Assembly (NCBI RefSeq): GCF_006345805.1
Contig: NC_042997.1
Coordinates: forward strand, 162,006,001-162,070,000
Direction: 5' to 3'
Length of the DNA stretch: 64,000 nucleotides
From: Octopus sinensis
Lineage: Eukaryota
Position numbers and translations under genes: made by a program. The notes below the pieces were generated by a model that did not search any database, was not told where the DNA came from, and was given only the letters and a program-made list of their open reading frames with translations. Positions 12,877-26,837 of the stretch are shown in pieces (the stretch's first letter is position 1; every line of letters begins with the position of its first letter).

Positions 12877-14191
12877 CAAGGGTGTACCCAAAAGTAACCA
12901 GAAACATTCACTGTGGGACAAGCCTATTGTAGCTAGAAGCCACTCAATGCAATCCACAGGCATCAGTCTGCCAACCACGTATGAAGATGCATGGTGCATC
13001 TTTATTTTGCAGTGCTTCTCCCCTGTTCATCAATTTTTACAATGTTTGAAATAAAGGAACAGCGGGCTTCCATGAAATTCTGTTTTCTGCTGGAGAAAAT
13101 GGTGGCTGAAAAGTTTTTCAAACACAAGTGGCTTTCATGCTTTAGGAATGGCTACTAGTTAATAGAAGATCAACCTCATTCAGGGTAACTGTCAATCCCC
13201 TGAGTGAATGGAAACATCACGAAAATTCATGAACTGATCTTAGAGGATCATTGACAAACATATTGACATGACTTGGGTGTCCTGGAGCTCCTGCGAATGA
13301 ATTTTGAGCAAGGATTTGCAAATGAAAAGACAGGACCATCGCCAAACAATTGACCAACTTATTGATATGACTGATGTGTCCTAGAGCTCCTGCCAATGAA
13401 TTTTGAGTGAGGAATTGTGAATGGAAAGAGTTGCAGCAAAATTTGTGCTTCACTTTCTCAAGGAAGATCAAAAGCAGTCACAACTGAATGCTTGTCATGA
13501 ACTGAAAGAACCATTGGAAGTTGATCCAACCTTTATTCAAATGTCATCACTGACGACAAAAGGTGATGCTATGGCTACAACCCAGAAACGATGCAGCAAT
13601 CAAGTCAGTGGAAGTATTCAATGTCACCACACTCTGAAACAACACATCAAGTGAAGTCCAATGTCAAGACAGTGCTGATTTGTCTCATTGATGTTAAAGG
13701 AATATGTTCTTCCTGGTCAAACTGTTAACCAGACGTTTTACTTGGCAGTTCTGAAGCATCTCTGAGACACAGTGAAACGAAAACACCCCAATCTGTGGCA
13801 AAGTGTAGAGTAGTGGTTTTATCATGACAATGTGCCTGAACAGACTGTCTTGAGTGTGAGACAGTTTTGACTAAAAATGATATGGCATGACTCTGCTTAC
13901 CCACCTTCTCTGTTCACCTGATCTTGCTCCCTACAATATTTTTTGTTCCTCTGAATGGAAAAAGATCCTAAAGGAAAACGTTTTGCTAATGTAAAAAAAA
14001 AAAACCAACAGAGGCATTACAAGGCATCACTTTGCAAGAGTTCCAGGACTGCTTCAGTAGAAAACAAGCCTGGACCATTGCATTACTTCAAATGGAGAAT
14101 ACTTTGAAGGTGATAAATGTGTAAACATGTAAAATGAAGTGAATAAAATAGTATTGCAAAATTCTGGGTTTTTTGGTGGGGAACCTCCTCG
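12877..14191 (+). mobile_element. Full-length dead mariner (D,D34D) element, 1315 bp
   Basis: TA flanks at 12875-76 and 14192-93. Imperfect TIRs are CAAGGGTGTACCCAAAAGTAACCAGAA and rc CGAGGAGGTTCCCCACCAAAAAACCCAGAA. Transposase remnants include EQRASMKFCFLLEK, RVAAKFV, VITDD..CYGYNPETMQQSSQW and YHDNVP. Confidence 0.9.
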
Positions 14192-14272
14192 TATATATAC
14201 ATATATAAATATATTTGTGTGTGTGTGCATGTGTGTTTGTGTATGTATATGTGTATGTGTGTGTGTGTGTGT

Positions 14273-14304
<32 letters not shown>

Positions 14305-14308
<4 letters not shown>

Positions 14309-14491
14309 GCCATGATAGATCGTTAGCCACTACACACATTTTTTTCTCTCCTTGTTTTTTCTGTGTCCCTTTCTGTAGAAGAGCATAGACTCGAAACGTA
14401 AAAGACTTTTTCTATTCCTGAGTGTTATACCAATACATCTGTTTGTTTTGTACACCACCTGTCTTCGTCTTTTGTTTTTTTCGTAAACTCT

Positions 14492-14495
<4 letters not shown>
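14305..14495 (+). mobile_element. Short Penelope-like terminal-repeat-type element
   Basis: It carries the GAAGAGCATAGACTCGAAACGTA motif typical of PLE terminal repeats and is flanked by (TA)n on both sides. Confidence 0.45.
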
Positions 14496-14522
<27 letters not shown>

Positions 14523-14585
14523 CGTGTGTGTGTGTGTGTAAGCCATCTAAGAGTCTATAAGTCAGGTAAAAATGCATTAGTGGAT

Positions 14586-14798
14586 ATATTAATCAAAGTG
14601 TACAGTATTATATGTCCATTACAGCCAATCTTACCAATTGGTATCACACAATGGATTCCATAGCCATAGTGACTACCTCTGAAGAGCACAAGGTTACATA
14701 ATCAGACTGTTACCTAACAGTCCATTGAATCCCTAGTGTGAAACCAATTTGTAAGATTGGCTATAATGGACATACAATACTGCACACTTCATTTAATA
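14586..14798. mobile_element. MITE / foldback hairpin of ~213 bp
   Basis: AAGTGTACAGTATTATATGTCCATTACAGCCAATCTTACCAATTGGTATCACAC (from 14596) is the near-perfect reverse complement of the segment ending ~14789. TA-rich flanks. Confidence 0.75.
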
Positions 14799-14899
14799 TA
14801 TATATGCATATATATATATATCATCATCATCATTTAACATCTGCATTCCATGCTGGCATGGGTTGGACGGTTTGACTGAGAGCTGGCACACCTATATTT

Positions 14900-14930
<31 letters not shown>

Positions 14931-15040
14931 TATATACATATACATATATACATATATACATATTCACACATATATATACATATATATACACCTTTACACT
15001 GCATATGTGAGTGATATAGTGTTGTGTATGTATGTGTGTG

Positions 15041-15090
<50 letters not shown>

Positions 15091-15121
15091 AATACATATA
15101 TGTTCTGTTTATATATATATA

Positions 15122-15171
<50 letters not shown>

Positions 15172-15816
15172 CTTAGTATGCCTGGAGACTATGATATCAC
15201 CAAATTTAAGATCTGAGTTCTCTCACACCTGTAGTTATTATATATATAATTTTGTGGTAGACAGAATAGGATTGGCATTACACAAACCTCTTCCACCTTA
15301 AGCAAAAATATTTGCAGGTAGTTCTGCAAGCCAAATATCACCTCATCTAAAAATAACATTCCTCAATAGATTATGGAACAACAACAGCAACAAAATTTTT
15401 GAAGCATATATATATGAGAGAGAGACAGACAGACAGACAGACATACAGACATAGACAGACAGACACATACACACACACACACAGAGGGGAGATTGTGTGT
15501 GTACATATATGTGTGTGTATGTATGCATATGTGTGTGTTTGTGTGTGTGTGTGTGTTTACATATATACACATATACATAGAATTTTGGTTTGTTTTTTTA
15601 TTTAAAAGTTTTTGAAGTATTTATCTATATTTTAATGTTTAGCAATATAAATAATATTTGAATAAATAGTTACATTTCATCATTCTCTTCCTCTTCAAAT
15701 TTAATCTTTTAAAACATCAAATAATACACACACACACAAAATATATATGTTTTAGTGTGTGTATGTATGTATGTATAAATACATACATATACATACATAC
15801 ATACATACATACATAC

Positions 15817-15887
<71 letters not shown>

Positions 15888-18718
15888 CTATGAATCTATG
15901 TATGTATGTATATATACACACACACACACGTATACAGTAGACTTCCCTACAGTTTCCATCTATCGACATCATTTTCAGGACACAATAGTCAGCTTCTGTC
16001 TATAGTAGAAGTTAGTTGTCCAACTACTGAAATGGAACACAATGTTATATGGTTACAAAGCAATCTTCATATCCACACAATCTTACATGCATCTGTGTGT
16101 GCATGTATGTGTATGTGTTCATGGGTATACTCATATGTATTTGTATGTAAGTTTGTATGTATGTTTTGTTTAAAGCATGTTAGTTGGAGTTCTATTTGTG
16201 TAAATGTTATCAAACAGTTTGTTATACTAAGACACATCAAAGATGCTAGGTAATGTCCACATTGAACTGGATTATCTGATTCAGAATTAGTGGCTGCATC
16301 ATTCTTAGATGCTTGAAATGCAGACATTATTTAATAAAATATGTCTTCATAATGATGCATTGAATTTAATCAAAGCAGGTAATAGTGGCACTGGTTCTGT
16401 ACTTTAATCATACAAATTTCTTGTGCAATGCAATTAATTCATTTAGCTTTGTAAAGTTCCTAAAATGTCAAAGTACCTGGATTCTTTTTTAACATATGAT
16501 TCACTTACGCTTTGTTTTGCTATTGTCCTGACATTTGTCTAAATTACAAGAATATAGCAAAAAATATCTTTAAAAATTTTGCATTCTAATTTTAAAACAT
16601 CAAAGAACATTTTATATTAAATTTAATAATTTTATCTCCAAATTTGTGACACAATGAAGTTTCATAAATTTGGAGGCAGAACTATTAAATTTGATATTAA
16701 ATATTATTTGACGTTTTAAAATGGATGTTCTCAAATTTTGGGGGCTACCACCCACCTCATGGCCACATAATACCCTCAGCGCCCCACCCCTGTTTTTATG
16801 TATAAATAAATATTTTATATTTTACTAATTTATACATACTATGAATCATTTAATATTTAATATATTATATAATTTGTATACAATAATATTATAATAAATT
16901 CATAGCATCCCCCAGTCCACTGCCTTCCTCCTTTTTTTCTACCGCCCCCACCCCCACCCCCACCCCACCAGCTTGACCACCCCCTTAGGCACCAGTGCCC
17001 ACCAGGAACCATCTTGATGCCCACTTTGAGAATCTATGTTTTAAAAGATCGAATTTCAAGAAGAAGAGGATGGTGAAATGTAATAATTTATTTAATTATT
17101 TATTTATATTGCTCATCTTTAAAATGCAGATAAGTACTCCAAAATTTTTTTAATAAAACAATAACAGCCCAAAATTTTATGTTGTTAATACTGCATTATG
17201 ATTTATAATTAAATACTTCTAACATTATATTTCGATCTTCAATGTCTTCATTTTAATGAAGAAAAAAAATTATGCATGTAATTGGGGTTTTTTTGTTTTG
17301 TGTTGTTTTTATTATTTTTATTTTAATAATATTCACTGAAATAAATGTTATTACAGATTTAAAAGAAGTTAGGCAAAGTAAGTAGCATCTTCCTGTTAAC
17401 TGCCTTTTACCATTCTAGGTAATTGGAACACTATACACTGACTGCTGAGCAGGCGAGGTGGATTACAAGAAACTGACAACTGCTACAAGCTATTTAACAA
17501 CTTCAAGGAAGATAGTTTTTAAGTAGGAGAATAAAAAACACAGGTCATTATATAATATAATCAGTAAAATATCATTTGATTAAGATACTGCTTAAATTTT
17601 GCTTCTAACTTTCTATTTTGATAAGTCACTAATAATATGTTTCAAGTTTACATAATTATAAAATTTGAAAATAATTAATGTTTTTCTTTTGCTCAAGAGA
17701 GGAAAAACAATTAATTGAAAATTACATGTTGAATATAATTGTTCTTCACTTGTCAGAAAAGTAATAATATATATATTAGTTTATTTTTTACATGAGTCTG
17801 ATAAAAGTGGGCAAGCCAAAGTTTTGAAGTCACTGTCAACCTTTTCCTTATTTAAAAAAAAAACATGCTTTTCATTATATATTGAATAAAAATAAATTGC
17901 TACAAATATTTTCAAAACAGTCCTGGAAATTATTTTGGGTATTTTACCTAATTGATTCTCCCCCACCCCTTGTTTTTTGTTTTGTTTTGTTTGTTTGTCT
18001 TTTTGTTTTTTTGCATGGTTGTTTTTGTTGCTTTTTTATTTTTATTTATTTTATTTTTAGTATATGATACTGCATATAGAAAAGTCTCCTACTTTTGCAA
18101 TATCTCAAAGGAAAACTTCTACTTTTTGTACAAGAATGCAAAGTGTTTTATTTTAATTGTTTAAATGATGTATACTACCCTGTTTTTTTTTTATGGTGGC
18201 TCAGTAAATATACATACATACATACATACATACATACATACATGCATGCATACATACATGCGTACATATATATGCATATAAATATATATATACACACACA
18301 CATATATACATATAACATTCAATATTGCATTATTGAATAATAAGCAATTTCGATAAGAAATACATAATAATGGTAATGCATAATAATGGTAATACATAAT
18401 AATGGTAATTTGAAATTCCATAGGTTATTCAGTTCTCATAAGCCTATTACATAATATCTGTCTTACTTTTTATTTGCAATTTTTGAATAAATTTTTTCAG
18501 ACGACTATAGACACAGGCATAATTGTATAGTTAAAATGTTCACTTGACAGCCATATGCAAATACAATTTGGTAGAGAGAAACTGCATAAAGCTCACATTT
18601 GTGTATGTATGTCTATGTGTATCTAAGTGTATATGTATCTTTATCCACATGTGTGTGTGTGTGGGTGTGGGTGTGTGTGTGTGTGTGAGTGTGTGTGTGG
18701 GTGTGGGTGTGGGTGTGT

Positions 18719-18752
<34 letters not shown>

Positions 18753-19401
18753 ATGTGTGTGTGTTTGTGTATCTAGTAGTTCAACAAATGGAGATTGAAA
18801 TAATAGCTGATATGATTGACCCTAAAGGTGATGTCCAGGGATGGGCATAGTTCAATAAGTCAAGCCGGTAAAAGAATATATAAGTATTAACCACTTCTTG
18901 AAAGATAAAATATGTTTACTATTTACATCTACACAACACTTTGATAAGCTTGATCTTCAATCGATATGCACTTAAATTTCCAAATTCAAATCAGTCTAGT
19001 ACTATGTACATATCAAACATTCAGGATAATAGGAGATCAAACCAATTAAAATGTGAAAATAATTTTAAAAGTTTCCTCTCTAAAGATAGTTATGTATTAA
19101 AAATATTTTAGATTATATTTCTCAGACTTTTAGAGCAATTAATTTCTTCTATAACTATGAATCTACAAGAATTGTAACATTTGTTACATAAAATAAAGTT
19201 TATTGTTATACGTAGAAAATTTAATCTGAATTTGCATATTAATTCTTAATATTTTTTATAAGAATAACTCAATAATAAATAATTAATTTACTCTTATTTA
19301 ATAACAAATTTAATAACAAATAAAAGCTATAATAAATGAAAACTAATAAATAAAAATTATAGAAAAAAATGAAGTTTTTATACTATTAAATATTCTCATA
19401 A

Positions 19402-21987
19402 AGCTTGTATTAAAAATAGTATGCTCGACTGTAATTTAATTTTTGTTGATAAATAAGTAGACATATTACAATAAGAATTTCTTATTATAATTCAACAATA
19501 AAAATCAATTACACATACTATTTTTAACAAAAACAAAAGTGCATTCTATTCAATTTAAAAAGAATTTATATTCATTTTATATTAATATAACTACCTAAAA
19601 TAAATTTAATCTCCAAGTTCCACTTGCATATTTACAAAAGTCTAAATTAATTCTTCTACTATGATGCAAAAGCTGTATATGTAGAAGAGATGTTAACCTA
19701 CCGTAAGTGGAGAGATTCAGACTGCCATGAAGGGGCTCACAGATGAGAAAGCCTCACTTAATTTCACTGCTGATTCTTGTTACACAGAGTAGGGTGAAAC
19801 CATTTCAAGCAATGGGTGCCAGCTGATTTTCAACTGACCCAAGATATTTTCATATAATAGTAGCACCTGGGTATGATAACTTGAAACCATTTAGCCTCCT
19901 CCTTAAGGTCAAAGGTTAGCCAGTAAAAACATACTTTGAGGTAGATGACAAGTAGCTCTATATACAGGCATCCAAAATAGATCTGTAAGTTGTAAGCAGC
20001 AACAGTTGCTAACTGATATTACACAACAGTAGCTTCTTTTGAAGAAGCTACCAGAAACTTCCAGAGCAGAAAATAAATAATTCTAATATTCATAATAATA
20101 TGAAGATGCTATACCATGTATATAATTCTAACATTCTTCTTACTGTGTTTAAAATAACTATAAATTAACCACATAATATATTTTTAAAGAATGTTTATTG
20201 TTACCTAAAAGTTATTAAGTAAGTTTCTATAGTCTATAAACAACTTCAGAAACAAACATTATAGATTTAAGTTTTGTTTTTTTTTTTGTTTTTTGTTTTT
20301 TACTATTGAAACATTTTCATGCTTATATATATGTAGCTAGACTCATTCTTAATATGTATCTAGGATCATTTTAAAACAATTTCCATAAGCAATATAAAAT
20401 TAACTAATTAGTTTTGGAGAACTGAAGTTAAGTCTTACTTTATTACAAATAACAAAAAAGGCTGTTTGGGCTTAATGACCAATATTTATTAAAGAACAAT
20501 TTCTTTAAAACCTACTCAATTTAAAAGTAGTTACGAAGTTATCAGTTGGTGAATCAAAATTTTAATTTTCTTTTGATAATAGAAAACAGACAGCTTGTAT
20601 TAAAACTTGTATTAAAATTAGTATGCTCAATTATAATTTAATTTTTGTTGATAAATAAGTAGACATATTACTATAAAATTTTTTATTATAATTGAGGAAT
20701 AAAAATCAATTATACACACTATCTTTAACAAAAACAAAGTGCATTCTATTCAATTTAAAAAGAATTTATATTCATTTTATATTAATATAACTACCTAAAA
20801 TAAATTTAATCTCCAAGTTCCACTTGCATATTTACAAAAGTCTAAATTAATTCTTCTACTATGATGCAAAAGCTGTATATGTAGAAGAGATGTTAACCTA
20901 CCGTAAGTGGAGAGATTCAGACTGCCATGAAGGGGCTCACAGATGAGAAAGCCTCACTTACTTTCACTGCTGATTCTTGTTACACAGAGTAGGGTGAAAC
21001 CATTTCAAGCAATGGGTGCCAGCTGATTTTCAACTGACCCAAGATATTTTCATATAATAGTAGCACCTGGGTATGATAACTTGAAACCATTTAGCCTCCT
21101 CCTTAAGGTCAAAGGTTAGCCAGTAAAAACATACTTTGAGGTAGATGACAAGTAGCTCTATATACAGGCATCCAAAATAGATCTGTAAGTTGTAAGCAGC
21201 AACAGTTGCTAACTGATATTACACAACAGTAGCTTCTTTTGAAGAAGCTACCAGAAACTTCCAGAGCAGAAAATAAATAATTCTAATATTCATAATAATA
21301 TGAAGATGCTATACCATGTATATAATTCTAACATTCTTCTTACTGTGTTTAAAATAACTATAAATTAACCACATAATATATTTTTAAAGAATGTTTATTG
21401 TTACCTAAAAGTTATTAAGTAAGTTTCTATAGTCTATAAACAACTTCAGAAACAAACATTATAGATTTAAGTTTTTGTTTTTTTTTTTTGTTTTTTGTTT
21501 TTTACTATTGAAACATTTTCATGCTTATATATATGTAGCTAGACTCATTCTTAATATGTATCTAGGATCATTTTAAAACAATTTCCATAAGCAATATAAA
21601 ATTAACTAATTAGTTTTGGAGAACTGAAGTTAAGTCTTACTTTATTACAAATAACAAAAAAGGCTGTTTGGGCTTAATGACCAATATTTATTAAAGAACA
21701 ATTTCTTTAAAACCTACTCAATTTAAAAGTAGTTACGAAGTTATCAGTTGGTGAATCAAAATTTTAATTTTCTTTTGATAATAGAAAACAGACAGCTTGT
21801 ATTAAAACTTGTATTAAAATTAGTATGCTCAATTATAATTTAATTTTTGTTGATAAATAAGTAGACATATTACTATAAAATTTTTTATTATAATTGAGGA
21901 ATAAAAATCAATTATACACACTATCTTTAACAAAAACAAAGTGCATTCTATTCAATTTAAAAAGAATTTAAATTCATTTTATATTAA
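19402..21987. repeat. Tandem duplication of a 1.2 kb unit between older ~190 bp direct repeats (A-B-A-B-A)
   Basis: 19537-20736 and 20737-21938 match at offset ~1200, except one substitution I noticed (19761 a vs 20961 c) and homopolymer lengths. Confidence 0.95.
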
Positions 21988-23851
21988 AAAACATGTAGAT
22001 CACATAAACTGTGCTAGTTCCACATAAATAGTTTCATCAGCTACATATGGGTGCATAACATTTACCTTTATGCTGTGTGAAGGATTATTTCATGAGCCTG
22101 CATTGCAATTGCATACTCTTCAAAATTAGAATCAATATAAGGGCTGCTTGTACATGATTAACTTCTCTTAATATTACTTAACACAAGAACCAATAATGTT
22201 TATGCTAATCAAGTTGCTCAGTACACCTTTCTTTTCAGCTATTTGTTTGAAAATAGGTTCTGACAGGCAATGTATATCTGCATCATAGATTCTGTCCCGC
22301 ATCTTTTATAAAAGTATTTTTTATCATTTACCAGCAGAGAAAACAACTGCCTGCACTTTTTCCATTCTTTTTGTTATTCTAACTACTATATTTTTAATAC
22401 ACCCACTCCTAGCTAATTATGTCACTTGGGTAGCAGAATCTGCTTACTATTTCTTGTAAGTTTTATCATCAGTCTATAGGTTTTGCTTTTTCTTTTGCCC
22501 CATACATTCAGGTGTGCCCCACATATCTAGTGCATCTAGAGTCCTGTTTTGCTGTCAGCCATCTATTTCTTAATGCACTTTTGTCTAATTCTGAGTAAAC
22601 TATTTAGTTCATACCAACTCCCTTCCAACATATGTGAGGAAAACACTTCCCAGATGGGTCTAAGACTGTGTGCTCCCTGTTGGAGACGATTACTTCAACA
22701 CTTGCTTTCTGGCTTCAGGTTTTTCTCAAAAATGTCACCAACTCCTTTTTTTGTGAAACATCATCTGATTTTTCTGTAACTGCTCCCTTATTATATCAGA
22801 ATTCCTGACTGTTTTTCAGCTATATCTAATGTCAGAGGTAAATGCTTTTTAATGATTATTTTATGCTTCTCAGGTTGTATTCTTATGTCTTAAGTTTGCC
22901 ATTACAAAACACCTTTAACATTTTTTCTTACCCCATCTCAAGTTACATACTAATTTTATGAGACAACCACAGAAAACATGAAACATGTAGAGTAAGTGTT
23001 GCAGCACATTGTGATTTTTGCTGAAAATATATCCCTTACAGATTATCATCACCATCACTATCATCCCATCCTGTAACTATTATCAGCATTTATGACTATA
23101 ACTAGGAACATCCATTTTTTAATATTCTAACATGGACTGAACAGTTCTGCATATATAAAACTGCCAATCCCCTTGATCCTGCCTCATATTATTGATGAGA
23201 TTTTATTTCACTTTTACTTGTATCTTCTTTGAAAATTCTTTATGACAAATACCTTCCACTGTCAACATAATATTTTCATAACTCAGTATGCAAGTATGGA
23301 AAAGTAGGCATTAAAATGATGATGATGATAATGATATACACACACATATACACATATACATATTTATATGTATGTGTGTATATATGAGTGTGTCTGTATG
23401 TTTGTGTAAGTAAATATATATATGCAGGTGTACAGTAATCTTTCGCTGGTTCATTATTGCGGTTTATTATTTAAGCTAATGTCAATTCCTTTGTGGTGTT
23501 GTTTTGCATTTATAATAAAATAAATATATACAAATTATAAAAATAATAAAAAATATATATATATACAGTACAGCACTGTTAGTCACAGGATTACTGTATA
23601 TGTCTATACTCTTTTACTCTTTTACTTGTTTCAGTCATTTGACTGGGGCCATGCTGGAGCACTACCTTTGTATAAATAGTATCTCTACATACATGTTATC
23701 TGTAACCTATTGTTTTTGCTGGTACCTTGGATGCAATTTACAAGGATATTTTGCAGAATAAAACAATCCTAGTATGTTTTACCATACATTCATTGAAAGA
23801 TATCTTGAAGTGGTTTTGTGGGGAAGATTGTTTGATTCTGTACATGGAATA

Positions 23852-25137
23852 TTATGTTGGCAACTAAGTTTCTGCTGGTTTTTTAAATTTAAATTTTTAA
23901 AAAGATTTAATAAAAAAAATAACAACTAATTAATCAATAATGTATTCACCCTTGTTGTTTACAACTTCTTCCCAACGTTCAACAAGATTTTCAATACTTC
24001 ATTGGTAGAAATCACCCGATTTCGACTCAAAAAATTGATCCAACCAAGCTCTCAATTCTGCATCAGTATTGAACGAATCTCTGCGCATAGCATTTGAAAG
24101 AGGTCGAAAGAGGTAGAAATCCATTGGTGCCAAATCAGGAGAGTATGGCAGGTGTGGCAGCACTTCCCAGCCATGCGTTTGAATGGCTTCCTTGGTCATA
24201 TTGGCAATATGAGGGCAGGCATTGTCATGCAGCAGAAGAACTCCATGCTGCCAATTAGGTCTTTTCTCTTGAATAGCCGTGTTGAGTCATTCCATCTGTT
24301 GAACATAGAGTTCTACGTTGACGTTTGGTTCTGTTCAAACAATTCATAATGGATAATCCATTCCCAGTTCCACCATATGCACAACATCATTTTACGCAGA
24401 TGAAGATCTTGTTTCACACACAGTGTCACTTGTTTACCGGGGCTTAGCCATTCCTTATGCTGCTTTATATTGATGTACAGGCACCATTTTTCATCACCAG
24501 TAACGATTTGGTAAAAAAATCGTTGCTTGTGTCCATGAGTTGAGTAGTGACAAGCAAGCAAACCAGCAGAGATTGTGGCTCGTTGATTTTGTTGTTGTCA
24601 CTTAAAGCATGTGGAACCGATGCTCCATACTTCTGAACCTTTCTCATCGAGTGAAGATGCTTCTCTATAGCAGTGTGGGAGCATTCCATTTTCTCTGCCA
24701 GTTCCCTTGTCATTTGACAAGAATTTTCGTACAAAAGTTGGTCTAATCACTCTTCATCGAACTCAACTGGACGGCCAGAACAAGGTGCATCTTTGAGGTC
24801 AAAATTTCCATTTTTGAACTTGGCATACCAATCATGAGCAGTTCTTTCAGCTATGGCACCCTCTCCATACATAGCACAAATGTCGTGAGCAGCTTTTGTG
24901 GCCTTAGAACCTTGATTAAAAGCAAAAAGAAGAAGGTATTGAAAATGCTCGTTTTTCTTAATTTGATATTACAATTTAATGATCTGAAAATAAACAAAAT
25001 TAACTAGAATAAAAAAACAGAATAGATTCCAAAATGATTTTAAAATAGAATTCTCGAACAAAATAGATTCCAAAATTTAAAATGCAATAAATTCCAAACT
25101 TAAAAAAGAAACCGCAGGAACTTAGTTGCCAACCCGA
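23852..25137 (-). mobile_element. Full-length dead mariner element, 1286 bp
   Basis: TA flanks at 23850-51 and 25138-39. TIRs are TTATGTTGGCAACTAAGTTTCTGC and rc TCGGGTTGGCAACTAAGTTCCTGC. Motifs include EHFQYLLLFAFNQG, SGRP, VPHALS, IVTGDEKWCLY and PYSPDLAPMDFYLF. Confidence 0.93.
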
Positions 25138-25379
25138 TACAATATTGTGACACTATACTGGAATAAAGTATAAAAATCATATGTAGCTTTACACTCACCT
25201 TTAAAGGAAACTAAAATTTGTCATAGCAAAAAAGAAATATACATTGCTATCAATGAATCCTGGTACATGCAGACAAAATGCAAATATACTGATAAAAACT
25301 GGTGCAAACCAATCAGTAAAGTACAATAAATGTGATGAATTCCTATAGATAGTTACAGTTACTCATTCTCATTGTTGCC

Positions 25380-26375
25380 ATCCATATTACTGGTACTCTC
25401 TTCATCACTGGAATTCTTTGCAAGAGGATCTGGGTCATCAATATCTTCTTCAAACAATAAATTGTCCTCAGTATCATCAAGAGTATTACTAATGCCACAT
25501 TTCTAAAATCATTTCACCTCTTCTTTTACAACATTCCATGAACTTTTTATCCACTCACATACCCGTGTAACAGTAGGCCACTTCCTTCTTCTTGTTGATG
25601 TCACTTCAATTTCTGAAGACTGCATCCATCCACTTGTTCCACCCCTCTTTGGTTTACTGATTGAAACATCTAAAGACTGTAACTGGCTGGTTAGACCTCC
25701 TCGAATTACAACTAACTGGGTCTTCAGTTCTCCAAGTTTCCTCTGAACAAGCTTAGTTCTATGAGCCCAAAACTAGTCCCAAACTAATAAGGCAGGTTTC
25801 TTTAATAACTAGGATGCCTGGACTATACTTTATCAAGCCACTATTTCATTCTTCCCTCATCCATCCAACCTTTTAGGTGAATATGAACATAAATGCCATT
25901 GAGTATCCTTTCTTTAGGCAATGTCTTTCTTTTATAAATAAAAAAAGGTGGCAATTTTGTGCCATCAGCACAACATGCTAATACAACTGTGTAGTGTATC
26001 TTTTCATGGTCATATGTTTTAACAGTCACAGTTTTAGCACCCTTGGATTCCACCACTCCCTTTGATGGCACATTGAATGTCAAAGACTTCATCCATATTT
26101 TCTATCTGTGAAAGTTCAAAATTAACTTCTTTTCTTGCATTAATGACATACCTGTGAAACTTAAGTATTTGATCTTCATATTCAGAGGTCATTTTTTGTG
26201 CTATTCTTGTCCTAGACCTCATATAGAGGTTATTTCTCCTCATAAATCTAGAACACCATAATGTTGACCCTTTAAAATCATTGGTATCTCTGTCAATTGC
26301 TATAAGTCTTGAATAGTGCGCAATCATTTTAGTAGATACTGACAAGCCCGATCTTCTTTAGTCTAAAACCCATGT
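25380..26375 (-). mobile_element. pogo-family (CENP-B HTH plus DDE_1) transposase relic
   Basis: FKGSTLWCSRFMRRNNL..RTRIAQK (HTH), NMDEV, HYTVVLACCADGTKLPP, KGWMDE, GGLTSQLQSLDVS and KCGISNTLDDTED occur in successive frames. Confidence 0.9.
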
Positions 26376-26450
26376 TTTTAATTCTTCTTTTAGTTCAGAC
26401 CACTTTACAACTCTCCTATGGAGGCAGTGTTTGCTACATTTATATGCATG

Positions 26451-26523
<73 letters not shown>

Positions 26524-26837
26524 GTATATAATATATATATTACATAATATTGGAGGCTGAATAAAATAGGGCTTAATACAGTTTATTGACCCTTCTAATA
26601 TTTTTTTTTCTCCATAATGTTTTTCAAATTCATTTTTAAAAGGGAAATATTGGCTAAGATACGTTTTCGAAATTGCAAATGTCAATTATGTTGGTGAAAT
26701 TTTAACTTTTTTATATTTAGTTTTTATCTTATTTTATTTTTACTCACAAAAGTTTATAACTTTTTAATCAAACAATATATTGGCTTATTATCATTGCACA
26801 TGAAGAAAGTCTATAACATTATCCTTTTGATGCATCA

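Noticed and set aside
14083-16253. Many ORFs rich in YI, HT and VC repeats (also at 3.2-4.2, 9.2-9.4, 18.1-18.8, 31.8-32.6, 49.6-51.1 and 60.7-62.2 kb)
   Set aside because: They are translations of (TA)n, (CA)n and (TG)n microsatellites, which lack stops in some frames.
16200-16330. Minus-strand ORF MSAFQASKNDAATNSESDNPVQCG as a possible exon
   Set aside because: It has only an AAG-type acceptor, no convincing donor and no recognisable domain.
17400-17530. GC-richer patch with possible splice signals
   Set aside because: The frames give only short peptides with no recognisable similarity, and the splice sites are ambiguous on both strands.
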